A DNA stretch of 64,000 nt, taken from assembly GCA_003602575.1 (NCBI GenBank), contig QQRY01000001.1, positions 6,856 to 70,855 of the forward strand, in the 5' to 3' direction. The stretch's first letter is position 1, and each line of letters opens with the position of its first letter. This DNA comes from Candidatus Poseidoniales archaeon (GTDB lineage Archaea; Thermoplasmatota; Poseidoniia; Poseidoniales; Poseidoniaceae). Shown in pieces: positions 35,787 to 45,217 of this stretch. Under the pieces are notes generated by a model. The model was not told the origin of the DNA, did not search any database, and was given only the letters and a program-made list of their open reading frames with translations. The translations under genes and the position numbers were made by a program.

Positions 35787-38534
35787 ATGGCAATTATTGT
35801 GATAGCGGAAAAACCAAGTGTCGCAAATGATATTGCTAGTGTTCTCGGAATTAGTAAAAAAACAGATACTCACTGGGAAAGTGATGAGGTGAAAGTTACT
35901 TGGGCAGTTGGCCATTTATTACAATTAAAATATATGGATGATTATGACGCTGATTTCAAGGATTGGAGAAAAACTGTGGATAGATTGCCATATATTCCTG
36001 ATGAATTTCAGTATAAACCTATAGGTGGCAGGAATAAAAAGCAATTGCAAGCAATTGTAAAACTGATAAAAGATAAGTCAACTACCGAAGTAGTCAATGC
36101 ATGTGATGCTGCTAGAGAAGGCGAATTGATATTCAGAACAATTATGAAACACAGTAAATCAAAAAGTAAAACATCACGAATGTGGCTACAATCGATGACA
36201 AGAGATTCTATCCAAACAGCATGGGATGGTAGGCAGCCTGGTGAAAATTACTCTTCACTAATGGACGCAGCATATTCACGTTCTGAATCTGATTGGGTAA
36301 TTGGCATGAATGGTTCAAGGATTGCAAATTCCTTTCTTCCAAAGAAAAGAAATGAAAAAACAGCGATTTCTCTTGGCCGTGTTCAAACTGCAACTCTAGC
36401 AATGATTGTAGATCATGAAATAACCATACTTTCACATGTCCCAGTTCCTTATTGGCAACTAAATGCAACATTTATTTCAGGCGACTGTAAGTGGGATGCT
36501 CGATGGGAGAGGAATGGTCACAAAGATGATGATGAAAGACCGGAATATAAATCTCATCGAATAATCGAGCAAGAGGAATATAATAGACTGAATGAACTTC
36601 TAAAATCTATTAAAGATGCAAAAATTTCCCAAACTGATAGGGATTACAAGGAGAAATCACCACTTAATTATGATTTGACCAGTTTGCAAAAATCTGCAAA
36701 TAATATGTGGTCTTGGTCTGCAAAACGTACACTGAGGACTGCACAAGATTTGTATGATAAATTCAAATTAACAACATATCCGAGAACAGATTCAAAATAT
36801 TTACCTGAAAATATGGATAAGGAAATCGATAAAATTATTCGGCAAATCGGTGCACAAGATGATTATAATTCATTCAGTCAAAATTTGGTCAATAATGGCC
36901 TTGTAAATGTAAAACGAAATTACAATGATGCAAAAGTAAGTGACCACTATGCAATTATTCCTACTGGTAAAATTCCAGACATGCCAATGACTGACGACCA
37001 TAAGAAATTGTACGACTTAATCGTACGAAACTTCCTTTCCTCATGGTATCCTGAAGCAATCTGGAATGTTGCAAAGAGAGAGGCTAAAATAGAAAATGAG
37101 TCATTTTTCAAAGAGGTTCGAACGATAAAAACACCAGGTTGGAGAGAAGTTCAACCAAAGAAATCCGATGCACCTGAAGGTTGGGGTGACCTATCGAGCA
37201 ACCCTTGTGACGGAACCATGACAGAATATGAATTCAAGGAAGAAAAATCAAAACCAAAGGGGAGATTGAAAGAAGCAGGATTACTAAGGTTGATGGAACA
37301 TGCAGGTCGTAAACTTGAAAGTGATGAGATGGCTGAAGCAATGAAAGAAAAAGGCCTGGGAACACCTGCAACAAGAGCAGAGACAATTGAGAAATTAATT
37401 GATAGAGATTATATCAGACGTGCAAAAGCCGGAACAATTTCTGCAACACCACATGGGATTAGAATTATAGATATACTTCGAAGAATACCTGTCGAATGGA
37501 TTACTTCAGCAGAATTAACTGGAGAGATGGAAGCATCGCTTATCGAAGTGCAAAAGGGAAATACAACCAAAAAGGAATTCATGGATAACATAATTGAAAA
37601 AACTACTTCATTAGTTGAAAAAATACGTGACCATGATCGAACTTTATTGTATCAGGACGAATCATCTATTGGTCCATGTCCATTATGTAATGCAGATGTT
37701 AATGAGACTGTCTTGTCATATATCTGCTGTGAAAATAAAGGCCGAGATGAGGGGTGTTCATTCGTATTCTGGAAAGACACAAGCGGTAGATGGTTCGATA
37801 GAGTTACGGCATCAAGATTAATGAAAAATAAAGAAATTGATGAACTACATGGTTTCTTTGGACGAAACGGAGAGCCATATGTTAATTCGATAACCATTTC
37901 AGACGATGGAAAGGTTTCCTCCAAAAATGGAGGTGAAGCAAAATCCAGCGACAGTGATGAGGAATTATGTGCTTGTCCTGCATGTTCGCAAGGAACAATT
38001 CGAATAAATTCTACAATGTATGCTTGTGATAGCGAGGAATGTGGCTTCAGAGGACTATCGCATCAAATGTGTAAAAGAGATATTTCAAAAGAAGAAGCAA
38101 AAGAAATCTTAACTCAAGGTAGATCTAAACTCCTAGAAGATTTTACCTCCAAAAAGGGAAGACCATTCAATGCATTCCTAGTATTGGATAAGAATCGTGT
38201 CAAATTTGAATTCCCTCCACGTGAAGCTGCTGCTGATGCTAGGAAATTTGAAGTTATACCTGGTGTTGTTGCAATTTGTCCAAAAACTAAAGTTGAAATT
38301 ATTGAGACAGAATCTTTTTACCAACCTGCAACTGTTGGAACCGATTGTTCAATTCAAATATCACGAGAAATATCCAAGAGAGTAATTACTAGAGAAGAAG
38401 CGAAAATTCTTGTTGAAAAGGGAGAATTGGGACCATTTGATGACTTTGTTGCTAAAAAATCAGGCAATAATTTTGCTGCAACACTATATCTGAAGAAGAA
38501 TCAATCTGTTGGATATAGATTCGCTAAAAAATAA
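35787..38534 (+). CDS. type IA DNA topoisomerase (topo I/III family) with C-terminal zinc ribbons
   Basis: Toprim N-terminus MAIIVIAEKPSVANDIASVLG. Catalytic-Tyr block TYPRTDSKYL. Several C-terminal CxxC...CxxC modules (CPLCNADV, CACPACSQG). Start set at the ATG at 35787 so that Toprim is N-terminal. Confidence 0.85.
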   Translation: MAIIVIAEKPSVANDIASVLGISKKTDTHWESDEVKVTWAVGHLLQLKYMDDYDADFKDWRKTVDRLPYIPDEFQYKPIGGRNKKQLQAIVKLIKDKSTTEVVNACDAAREGELIFRTIMKHSKSKSKTSRMWLQSMTRDSIQTAWDGRQPGENYSSLMDAAYSRSESDWVIGMNGSRIANSFLPKKRNEKTAISLGRVQTATLAMIVDHEITILSHVPVPYWQLNATFISGDCKWDARWERNGHKDDDERPEYKSHRIIEQEEYNRLNELLKSIKDAKISQTDRDYKEKSPLNYDLTSLQKSANNMWSWSAKRTLRTAQDLYDKFKLTTYPRTDSKYLPENMDKEIDKIIRQIGAQDDYNSFSQNLVNNGLVNVKRNYNDAKVSDHYAIIPTGKIPDMPMTDDHKKLYDLIVRNFLSSWYPEAIWNVAKREAKIENESFFKEVRTIKTPGWREVQPKKSDAPEGWGDLSSNPCDGTMTEYEFKEEKSKPKGRLKEAGLLRLMEHAGRKLESDEMAEAMKEKGLGTPATRAETIEKLIDRDYIRRAKAGTISATPHGIRIIDILRRIPVEWITSAELTGEMEASLIEVQKGNTTKKEFMDNIIEKTTSLVEKIRDHDRTLLYQDESSIGPCPLCNADVNETVLSYICCENKGRDEGCSFVFWKDTSGRWFDRVTASRLMKNKEIDELHGFFGRNGEPYVNSITISDDGKVSSKNGGEAKSSDSDEELCACPACSQGTIRINSTMYACDSEECGFRGLSHQMCKRDISKEEAKEILTQGRSKLLEDFTSKKGRPFNAFLVLDKNRVKFEFPPREAAADARKFEVIPGVVAICPKTKVEIIETESFYQPATVGTDCSIQISREISKRVITREEAKILVEKGELGPFDDFVAKKSGNNFAATLYLKKNQSVGYRFAKK

Positions 38535-38604
38535 TTAACGAAAAACGATGTTTTCGTTAATTTCTAAGGCGAAGGTTGATGTCCAAGTGTTTCGCGTTCA
38601 AACC

Positions 38605-39819
38605 ATGGGACATCGACATTGGGATGTTGTCATAATTGGCGCGGGACCTGCTGGTGGTCGCGTAGCAACTCATTTTGCTGAGCGAGGACATAGTGTTTTG
38701 ATGCTTGAAGAGCACGAAGAAATAGGGCGTCCATTCCAATGTGCAGGTTTGGTTACACCTAATGCTATGAAGGAGGTGGGGTTGTTCCATTCGGTACTTG
38801 AAGAAATTGATGGGGCATTAATTCACGGCCCTAGTGGGACATTGGTACCAGTTGGCACTGATGAAAAGGTTCGAACATATGTGGTTTGTAGGAAAATATT
38901 CGATCAAGGGGTAGTAAAGCAAGCACTAGAAGCAGGGGCAAATATTTGGCTAGATAGTCAACCAACCAATTCCGAAATCTTTGATGATAAAGTTGTTCTA
39001 GAAGTGAAGAAAGGTGATGAAATCCATAATATTAGCGCATCCTTGTTGATTGGTTGTGATGGAGCACATAGTTGGACTCGAAGACATTTCAAGATGGGCC
39101 GACCTAAGGAATTGATGATAGGTTTTCAAGCAGAGGTTGTAGGTTATGAAAATCGAGAACGATGGCTAGAAATGTTTAGTGGTTCAGAAATTGCACCTGG
39201 ATTTTTTGCATGGGTAATACCATCTGGCAATGGAACCAACAGAATTGGATTATGGTCTACTGCTGAACGGCTAAAAGGGCGTAGTATCGAACAATGCTAT
39301 GATAATTTACTTGAACATCGATTGTGGAAAGATCGATTTAGCGGAATTACTGAGACGGCAAGGTACTGTGGTCCAGTACCTAGCGGGATGGTTAAAACTC
39401 CATACAAAGATCGTGTCTTATTGATTGGAGATGCTGCCGGAATGGCTAAACCAACCACAGGAGGAGGGATCGGACCTGCATTTGAACAAATATCGGGAAT
39501 TATAGAAGAACTGTCAAAATCACTGGTAAAAAATCAACTTGACAAAAAAACTCTTCATAAAATATGCAGTAAACATTTCGCTAAAATGCGCAAAGAACAA
39601 AACCGTGCAAGAGCGTTACGTAATCTCCTTGTTAGTGATTGTACTGACAAGGAACTTGATAAGCATTTTAATTCATTCGCAAAACCCGAAATTATTGAAT
39701 TAATCAACAAGGTTGGTGACATTGAAAAACCTGTACCACTAGGTATGGCATTGTTAAAAAGAGTACCAGCATTTAGAAAGCTAGCATTGAAAGCCGGTGC
39801 TAAATTGATATTTACATAG
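38605..39819 (+). CDS. FAD-dependent geranylgeranyl reductase family (digeranylgeranylglycerophospholipid reductase-like)
   Basis: From the ATG at 38605: MGHRHWDVVIIGAGPAGG (FAD GxGxxG). LIGCDGAHS. GDAAGMAKPTTGGGI. Confidence 0.8.
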   Translation: MGHRHWDVVIIGAGPAGGRVATHFAERGHSVLMLEEHEEIGRPFQCAGLVTPNAMKEVGLFHSVLEEIDGALIHGPSGTLVPVGTDEKVRTYVVCRKIFDQGVVKQALEAGANIWLDSQPTNSEIFDDKVVLEVKKGDEIHNISASLLIGCDGAHSWTRRHFKMGRPKELMIGFQAEVVGYENRERWLEMFSGSEIAPGFFAWVIPSGNGTNRIGLWSTAERLKGRSIEQCYDNLLEHRLWKDRFSGITETARYCGPVPSGMVKTPYKDRVLLIGDAAGMAKPTTGGGIGPAFEQISGIIEELSKSLVKNQLDKKTLHKICSKHFAKMRKEQNRARALRNLLVSDCTDKELDKHFNSFAKPEIIELINKVGDIEKPVPLGMALLKRVPAFRKLALKAGAKLIFT

Positions 39820-40061
39820 GTGATATTATTCCCAAACTAGTTGTTGAAGAGAGGATAAGATATCCACCATTTGAATCATATCGATTCAAACCAAAATTAT
39901 TACCCATAGCTAGTAAGAGAAATACTCTGGAAGAAGATATCAATGAAAAAGATGTTTCAAAGTATCTAGAAAATTATAATGCTCCGTTTACTATAGGTAA
40001 TGATGAATCGTGGCTAGTCGAAAAAAGATATCTCCATGATGGTAAAGTAATTGAGTTAGAT

Positions 40062-40982
40062 TTGAACTATAGTTCAAAAATAAAATTTCCAATTTCAGAA
40101 GACTCGGTTATAGATAAGCAAAGAACTGGTTGGTATTTGACTCCAAATCCTATGCATGCAGTAATTAGAAAGTTCTTGAACTGGGCTGTTATAATTTTAT
40201 TAGTCTCACTAACTTATCTCTTTTTCCAACCCATTCTTGACATCTGGGGACTAGGAGGCTTCGGTACTGGTAGAGTTAGATTTGGTCTGCTTGATTATCC
40301 GGTTTTGGCAGTGTTTGTTATGCCAATATTATTCGCTCCATTACTACTTAGGGTTATTGCTAATTTTTCTGACTTAATTAAACAAAGAACATTTTTACTT
40401 GACTCACCCAAACGTCCGGAAATTAAGATTGGAGTAAATCCTACAGCAAATGAAGAGATAGATGTTGAAATTAATTTTCCAAAGAAAAATAGTAAGTGGA
40501 AGGATATTGAAGTTCTATGGCGTGTTGGAGTTTTACCGCCAAGCAGAGACTCATTAATGACTGCTTTTGGAAAGAGTACAAAACAACAACCACCCCCTGG
40601 CTTAACTACTGAACTACCACACCACTGGGAAGTTAATTTGGATGATGGAACTGGCGGAGGTGAAGACTCACCAATGGAGTCAAATGATGTAAGAGGTGGA
40701 TTATTTATTCGTCCAATGAGGATTATGGAACAATCAGAGAATGTTAAGTTGGAAAATGGCAAAGTCTGTTTGAAACCTCCAAAGGGATATTGGCCAGGAA
40801 CAGTTTTCTCACCTTTAATTAGAGTACATTGGGAACTTGTAATAATGATTACAAGAGAAAGTGGAAGGTCATTAATGTGGGTTGAACCACTAAATGTACT
40901 GCATCAAAAGAAAAAGAGTTTAGTTGAGGCATCGGTAAATTCGGGGAGGACTGAAACAAACCATCCATCAACAATACATTGA
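40062..40982 (+). CDS. hypothetical membrane protein; start uncertain because coding-like sequence continues upstream to 39804 without a canonical start
   Basis: Two N-terminal TM helices, then a Pro/Gly-containing soluble domain. The same frame is open from the stop at 39801-39803 and translates to protein-like sequence (...ESYRFKPKLLPIASKRNTLEEDINEKDVSKYLENYNAPFTIGNDESWLVEKRYLHDGKVIELDL) with no in-frame ATG/GTG/TTG before 40062. Confidence 0.45.
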   Translation: MNYSSKIKFPISEDSVIDKQRTGWYLTPNPMHAVIRKFLNWAVIILLVSLTYLFFQPILDIWGLGGFGTGRVRFGLLDYPVLAVFVMPILFAPLLLRVIANFSDLIKQRTFLLDSPKRPEIKIGVNPTANEEIDVEINFPKKNSKWKDIEVLWRVGVLPPSRDSLMTAFGKSTKQQPPPGLTTELPHHWEVNLDDGTGGGEDSPMESNDVRGGLFIRPMRIMEQSENVKLENGKVCLKPPKGYWPGTVFSPLIRVHWELVIMITRESGRSLMWVEPLNVLHQKKKSLVEASVNSGRTETNHPSTIH

Positions 40983-41007
40983 TTTGATTCAAAATATTGC
41001 ACATACC

Positions 41008-44000
41008 ATGGACATGACAAAGCCGACTGCGATATTGCTAATCTTGTTGATGACATTATCGGGATGTACTAATCCAGATTCTAGTAATTCCAAAGAAGAA
41101 ACTGAAGATCAAACTGTGTTGATAATTAGTGCAAATTGGGCTGAATATCATGACTCTTCTAATGTCGATGAAGTGATTGATTTCTCAATTAATGTTAACT
41201 CAAGTATTCCTGATTCATGGATAGGTGTCGCTACAGTCATCGACCCCAATGGAAATCAAATCAGTGATTTATCATGGTCTCGAGGATATGATTCGGGAAG
41301 CCTGTATTTTACACCAACAATAATTGGAAATTATACCATAAATGTAGATTTACAAGCTGGAGATTCTAGTCAAAAGTATGTAGTGGAAGGCGGCAACTTA
41401 TCTCATATTGTTGAAATTATACCGCCAGAAGAATTTCCTCCAATAATTATAATTCCAACAGCGATGATTGTAGAAAATCCCGAAATGATATTATTACAGG
41501 GTAATATTCAACATTCATCATTAGAATCATGCTCCATGTTTTTCAATTTTGACGCATATCAAGAATTTCCTATCTCTTTGCAAATCAATGGACAGTGGAG
41601 TACAATAATTGATGCATCAAATTCACAAAATAATTTGATTGAAGTAGTAGCAACATGTGGAGTATGGTCCCAGTTAACTAGTTATCAGAACATATCATTG
41701 ATCTATGTTGTTTCAATTAGTGACTCTGATGAAGATGGAATAAGCGATGATCTAGATTTGTGTAATGATGGAGTCGAAAATTCTTGGAACTCCAATCAAA
41801 ACACAGATTATGATTCTGATGGATGTAGAGATATCACAGAAGATATCGATGATGATAATGATGGAATAAGTGATTATGATGATGGATGCTTTTCAGTAAT
41901 TGGTTGGATTAGTGAACCAGTTTCAGATTTCGACTCTGATGGATGTCATGATTTAGATGAAGATGATGATGATGATGGAGATAGAGTAGACGATGTAATA
42001 GATTCATGTCCAAAAGGCCACCTTGGTTGGGTTTCTACGCCTAACAATGATTGGGATGGAGACGGATGTCATGATTTTATTGAAGATTTAAATGATGACC
42101 AAGATGACTATGAAGATACTTTTGATTCATGTCCTTTGGGTGAGATTTTTTGGATTGCTGACACAAACACCGATTTCGACCAAGATGGATGTCATGATTT
42201 ATTTGAAGATGATGATGATGATAATGATGGAATTAATGATTATAACTCGACTGGAGATACATTAGATCTATGTCCAAGAACTCCACTTGGTTCACTCGAT
42301 ATTGATGAATCTGGTTGTGCGGCTTTGCAAAGAGATTCCGATGAAGATGGAATTAATGATTTACTTGACCAATGTGAAGGTACACCACAGGGTCTAGTTG
42401 TCAACGATTTAGGCTGTGCAGATTTAGACTCCGATGGAGTATTTGCGAATGTTGATCAGTGTCCATCAACATCAGGAAAGTGGACTGTCGATAGTTTAGG
42501 ATGTACCGTAGTACAATTACCCGTGCCTTGGACCGTTTCGAATAGTCTTAGCGGACCGATGCAAATAGTTCCAGATTTCACTGTTCCAACACTTGGAGCG
42601 ACTTTTTACTTTGACGAAGTATGGACTGGAAAAGATGTTTATTTATTCATGTTCAAATACACCAGTTCTAGTGGGACATCAAATTCTAACATTTGGGCAC
42701 AAAATCCAGGGACCTTAATTAGAAGTCTACCAGATAACACTCATCTATTCTACGGGTCTTTTGATACAAGTTATCACAATGATGTAATGGACCGAAGAAC
42801 TGCAGTTGAAAATTCACTCAATCCAGCTGAAGAATTAAAGTGGAATGAAAGAATTCACTATATTGATCAACGTGCTAACAGTATTACTGGTGGACTTGGA
42901 GATATGATTAGTTCTATCAATAATCCACTATACATGGGTATTGATAGATTCCAAATGGCAAGAGAATCCGGTTCTCTAGTTTCATATCCGTCTGGCTCGA
43001 CGGATCCATTGCATTTAGTATTTGAACCAGAGCAATGGAATGCTGAATTTCCTGTTGAAATTAGATTACAAGACCCGGGAATTGAAATAATAACTATGAT
43101 GGATTTTGAATATCATTCTGGTGGCTGGGGTGGAGGATACTCATCAAAAAGAAATGTTACTTTCCCAGCAAATTTATCATCTTATGATACCTTAGAAATT
43201 TACCATGAACATGCTTGTGATGAAAGAAGTAACCGATATGGTAAATCTGATGGAAGTGAAGGCGGATGTCATGAATGGGATTATGAGGCTAATTTGTATA
43301 TTTGTGATCCAGTAGATGTAAACAGTTGCGGGACTGAATTTGTCAGATGGATTACTACGTATGGTAGAGAGGGTCGTTGGTTAACTGACTTGACTCCATA
43401 TCTATTCATGTTAGATGATAATGATTTCAGACAATTTCGCTATGGTGGAGCTAATAGAGGTAGTTTAACAATTTCATTCTTACTAAGTAATTGGGGAGAA
43501 GATGATATTGCGCACAGTGGAGAATTCGCTTTTTCTGGCGGCCAGTTTGATGGAACTTACAATGATGAATCAAAATATTCTAGACAGTTTAATTTCACTG
43601 TTCCAACCGGCACTACCCGTGTTGAAATTGTGTCGACTATAACCGGGCATGGTTTTGGTCAAGATAATCAAAATTGTGCTGAGTTTTGTAACCACGAACA
43701 TCACTATTCAATGAATGGCTATTCGACGGCTGAATTACATCCAATTGCAAATACTAACGATGGGTGTAAGCAACTAGTTGGAGAAGGCGTTGTTGCTAAT
43801 CAGTACGGCACATGGCCTTATGGACGGGCAGGATGGTGTCCTGGGCAAGATGTTAAACAATGGCGTTATGATATATCTTCATGGTCAGATATGACTGGTT
43901 CAAGTATCAATAATTTACACTATGAAGGACTTTTCAATGGCCAAGAATACACTCCTTCGGATGGAGTTGGAAACGGTAATAGAAACATCCATGCAGAAAT

Positions 44001-44022
44001 TTGGATTGTTTATTATCAGTAA
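41008..44022 (+). CDS. lipoprotein with Asp-rich DGCHD calcium-binding (thrombospondin-type-3-like) repeats and a C-terminal PNGase F-like (peptide-N-glycanase) domain
   Basis: Lipobox LLILLMTLSGC after a signal peptide. At least 7 repeats of D-x-D-x-DGCHD-L/F-x-ED-x-DDD. The C-terminal ~450 aa matches PNGase F blocks: CHEWDYEANLYICDP, FVRWITTYGREGRWLTDLTPYL, ITGHGFGQDNQNCAEFCNHEHHYSMNGY and WPYGRAGWCPGQDVKQWRYDIS, versus PNGase F CDEWDRYANVYV, ISGWGHAKPYDAGSRGCAEWCF and WAPDRAGWCPGMAVPTRIDVL. The track start is a TTG at 40984. Confidence 0.7.
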   Translation: MDMTKPTAILLILLMTLSGCTNPDSSNSKEETEDQTVLIISANWAEYHDSSNVDEVIDFSINVNSSIPDSWIGVATVIDPNGNQISDLSWSRGYDSGSLYFTPTIIGNYTINVDLQAGDSSQKYVVEGGNLSHIVEIIPPEEFPPIIIIPTAMIVENPEMILLQGNIQHSSLESCSMFFNFDAYQEFPISLQINGQWSTIIDASNSQNNLIEVVATCGVWSQLTSYQNISLIYVVSISDSDEDGISDDLDLCNDGVENSWNSNQNTDYDSDGCRDITEDIDDDNDGISDYDDGCFSVIGWISEPVSDFDSDGCHDLDEDDDDDGDRVDDVIDSCPKGHLGWVSTPNNDWDGDGCHDFIEDLNDDQDDYEDTFDSCPLGEIFWIADTNTDFDQDGCHDLFEDDDDDNDGINDYNSTGDTLDLCPRTPLGSLDIDESGCAALQRDSDEDGINDLLDQCEGTPQGLVVNDLGCADLDSDGVFANVDQCPSTSGKWTVDSLGCTVVQLPVPWTVSNSLSGPMQIVPDFTVPTLGATFYFDEVWTGKDVYLFMFKYTSSSGTSNSNIWAQNPGTLIRSLPDNTHLFYGSFDTSYHNDVMDRRTAVENSLNPAEELKWNERIHYIDQRANSITGGLGDMISSINNPLYMGIDRFQMARESGSLVSYPSGSTDPLHLVFEPEQWNAEFPVEIRLQDPGIEIITMMDFEYHSGGWGGGYSSKRNVTFPANLSSYDTLEIYHEHACDERSNRYGKSDGSEGGCHEWDYEANLYICDPVDVNSCGTEFVRWITTYGREGRWLTDLTPYLFMLDDNDFRQFRYGGANRGSLTISFLLSNWGEDDIAHSGEFAFSGGQFDGTYNDESKYSRQFNFTVPTGTTRVEIVSTITGHGFGQDNQNCAEFCNHEHHYSMNGYSTAELHPIANTNDGCKQLVGEGVVANQYGTWPYGRAGWCPGQDVKQWRYDISSWSDMTGSSINNLHYEGLFNGQEYTPSDGVGNGNRNIHAEIWIVYYQ
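41740..42460 (+). repeat. in-frame tandem coding repeats (GAT-rich) encoding the DSDGCHD/DxDxDG calcium-binding units
   Basis: Recurring gatggatgtcatgattt...gaagatgatgatgatga units visible in the DNA. Confidence 0.5.
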
Positions 44023-44025
44023 TTA

Positions 44026-45207
44026 TCACTGTAGAGGTATTGGGGCGGGTAACTTTCTTTGAATCTGTTCATTGATTTCGGTATCTAGGTGGATGTAATC
44101 ACTATCTCTACGCTGAGGGGTGAAACCTGCGCGTATGATGGTATTTTGCAACTCCCATTCACTGGCACTAATCTTTGAAGTACCAGATGCAGAAACTACA
44201 TTTTCTTCCATCATAGTTGAACCTGCATCGTCCGCACCACAAAGTAATGCCATTTGAGCAATCTCTACTCCCATGGTTGGCCAAGATGCTTGAATATGTT
44301 CAATTGAATCTAGAAATAGCCTAGATATCGCTACATGTCGTAAATATTCTGTAGGTCCAGCACCTAGAGTAAATTTATTTGAACCACGATTTCTCTTACC
44401 AAAGGTGTTAGATTCCAATTGAACTGGCCATGCAATGAACGAAGTAAAGCCTATATCATATTGAGAAAGTGAACTATCCTGCAAATCTCTAATTCGACTC
44501 AGATGTTCTACACGATCACGGATTGATTCACCAAATCCAATAACATTGGTTGCACTAGTTGTTAGACCCAATGATTGTGCTTCCTCCATTATCTTCAACC
44601 AATTTTTCGGATCGCCTTTCTTGGGGGAAATATCGCTACGAACGCTGTCAACAAGCATTTCTGCACCGCCACCTGGCAAACCATGCATACCACAATTTTT
44701 TAGACGTGTTAAAACTTCTAATGTCGATAAACCACTAACTTCAGAGATACCTTCAATTTCTATCGGACTAAAACAATCTAAATCAATAGTAGGGTGGTTC
44801 TTTCTCAAAAATCGAATCAAATCTTCATACCATTCAAATTCAATATCAGGATTAACCCCCCCTTGCATAAGGATTCTTGACCCGCCTATAGATTCGAGTT
44901 CAACGATTCGTGCGGAAATTTGTTCAAAGGTTTGAGTATAGTTTTCTTCATGCCCTGGAGGCCTATAAAATGAACAAAATTGACAATTTATAGTGCACAC
45001 ATTAGTGTAATTTATGTTCCTATCAACCAAAAATGTCACCTTGTTTGAATCATTCATCGACATTCTTCGTTGATGTGCTGCTTGCATTAAATCATGTAAT
45101 GGGGCATTTTGATACAATTCAACGGCATCATCAAAAGTCAGCCTATACGATAAGGAATCTTCCTTGGTCCAAGACCTTTGTACTTCGAGAATGTCCTGCC
45201 ACGCCAT
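44026..45207 (-). CDS. radical SAM enzyme of the CofH/MqnC/MqnE (TIGR00423-like) family
   Basis: NINYTNVCTINCQFCSFYR carries the CxxxCxxC cluster in the sequence context typical of FO-synthase/futalosine-pathway radical SAM enzymes. The ~390-aa size fits. Confidence 0.7.
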   Translation of the reverse strand: MAWQDILEVQRSWTKEDSLSYRLTFDDAVELYQNAPLHDLMQAAHQRRMSMNDSNKVTFLVDRNINYTNVCTINCQFCSFYRPPGHEENYTQTFEQISARIVELESIGGSRILMQGGVNPDIEFEWYEDLIRFLRKNHPTIDLDCFSPIEIEGISEVSGLSTLEVLTRLKNCGMHGLPGGGAEMLVDSVRSDISPKKGDPKNWLKIMEEAQSLGLTTSATNVIGFGESIRDRVEHLSRIRDLQDSSLSQYDIGFTSFIAWPVQLESNTFGKRNRGSNKFTLGAGPTEYLRHVAISRLFLDSIEHIQASWPTMGVEIAQMALLCGADDAGSTMMEENVVSASGTSKISASEWELQNTIIRAGFTPQRRDSDYIHLDTEINEQIQRKLPAPIPLQ

Positions 45208-45217
45208 AGTAAACCCT

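Noticed and set aside
41740-42460. Tandem direct repeats that might suggest a CRISPR array or satellite
   Set aside because: The repeats are in-frame and encode the Asp-rich calcium-binding units of a surface lipoprotein. No spacer/repeat periodicity or leader.
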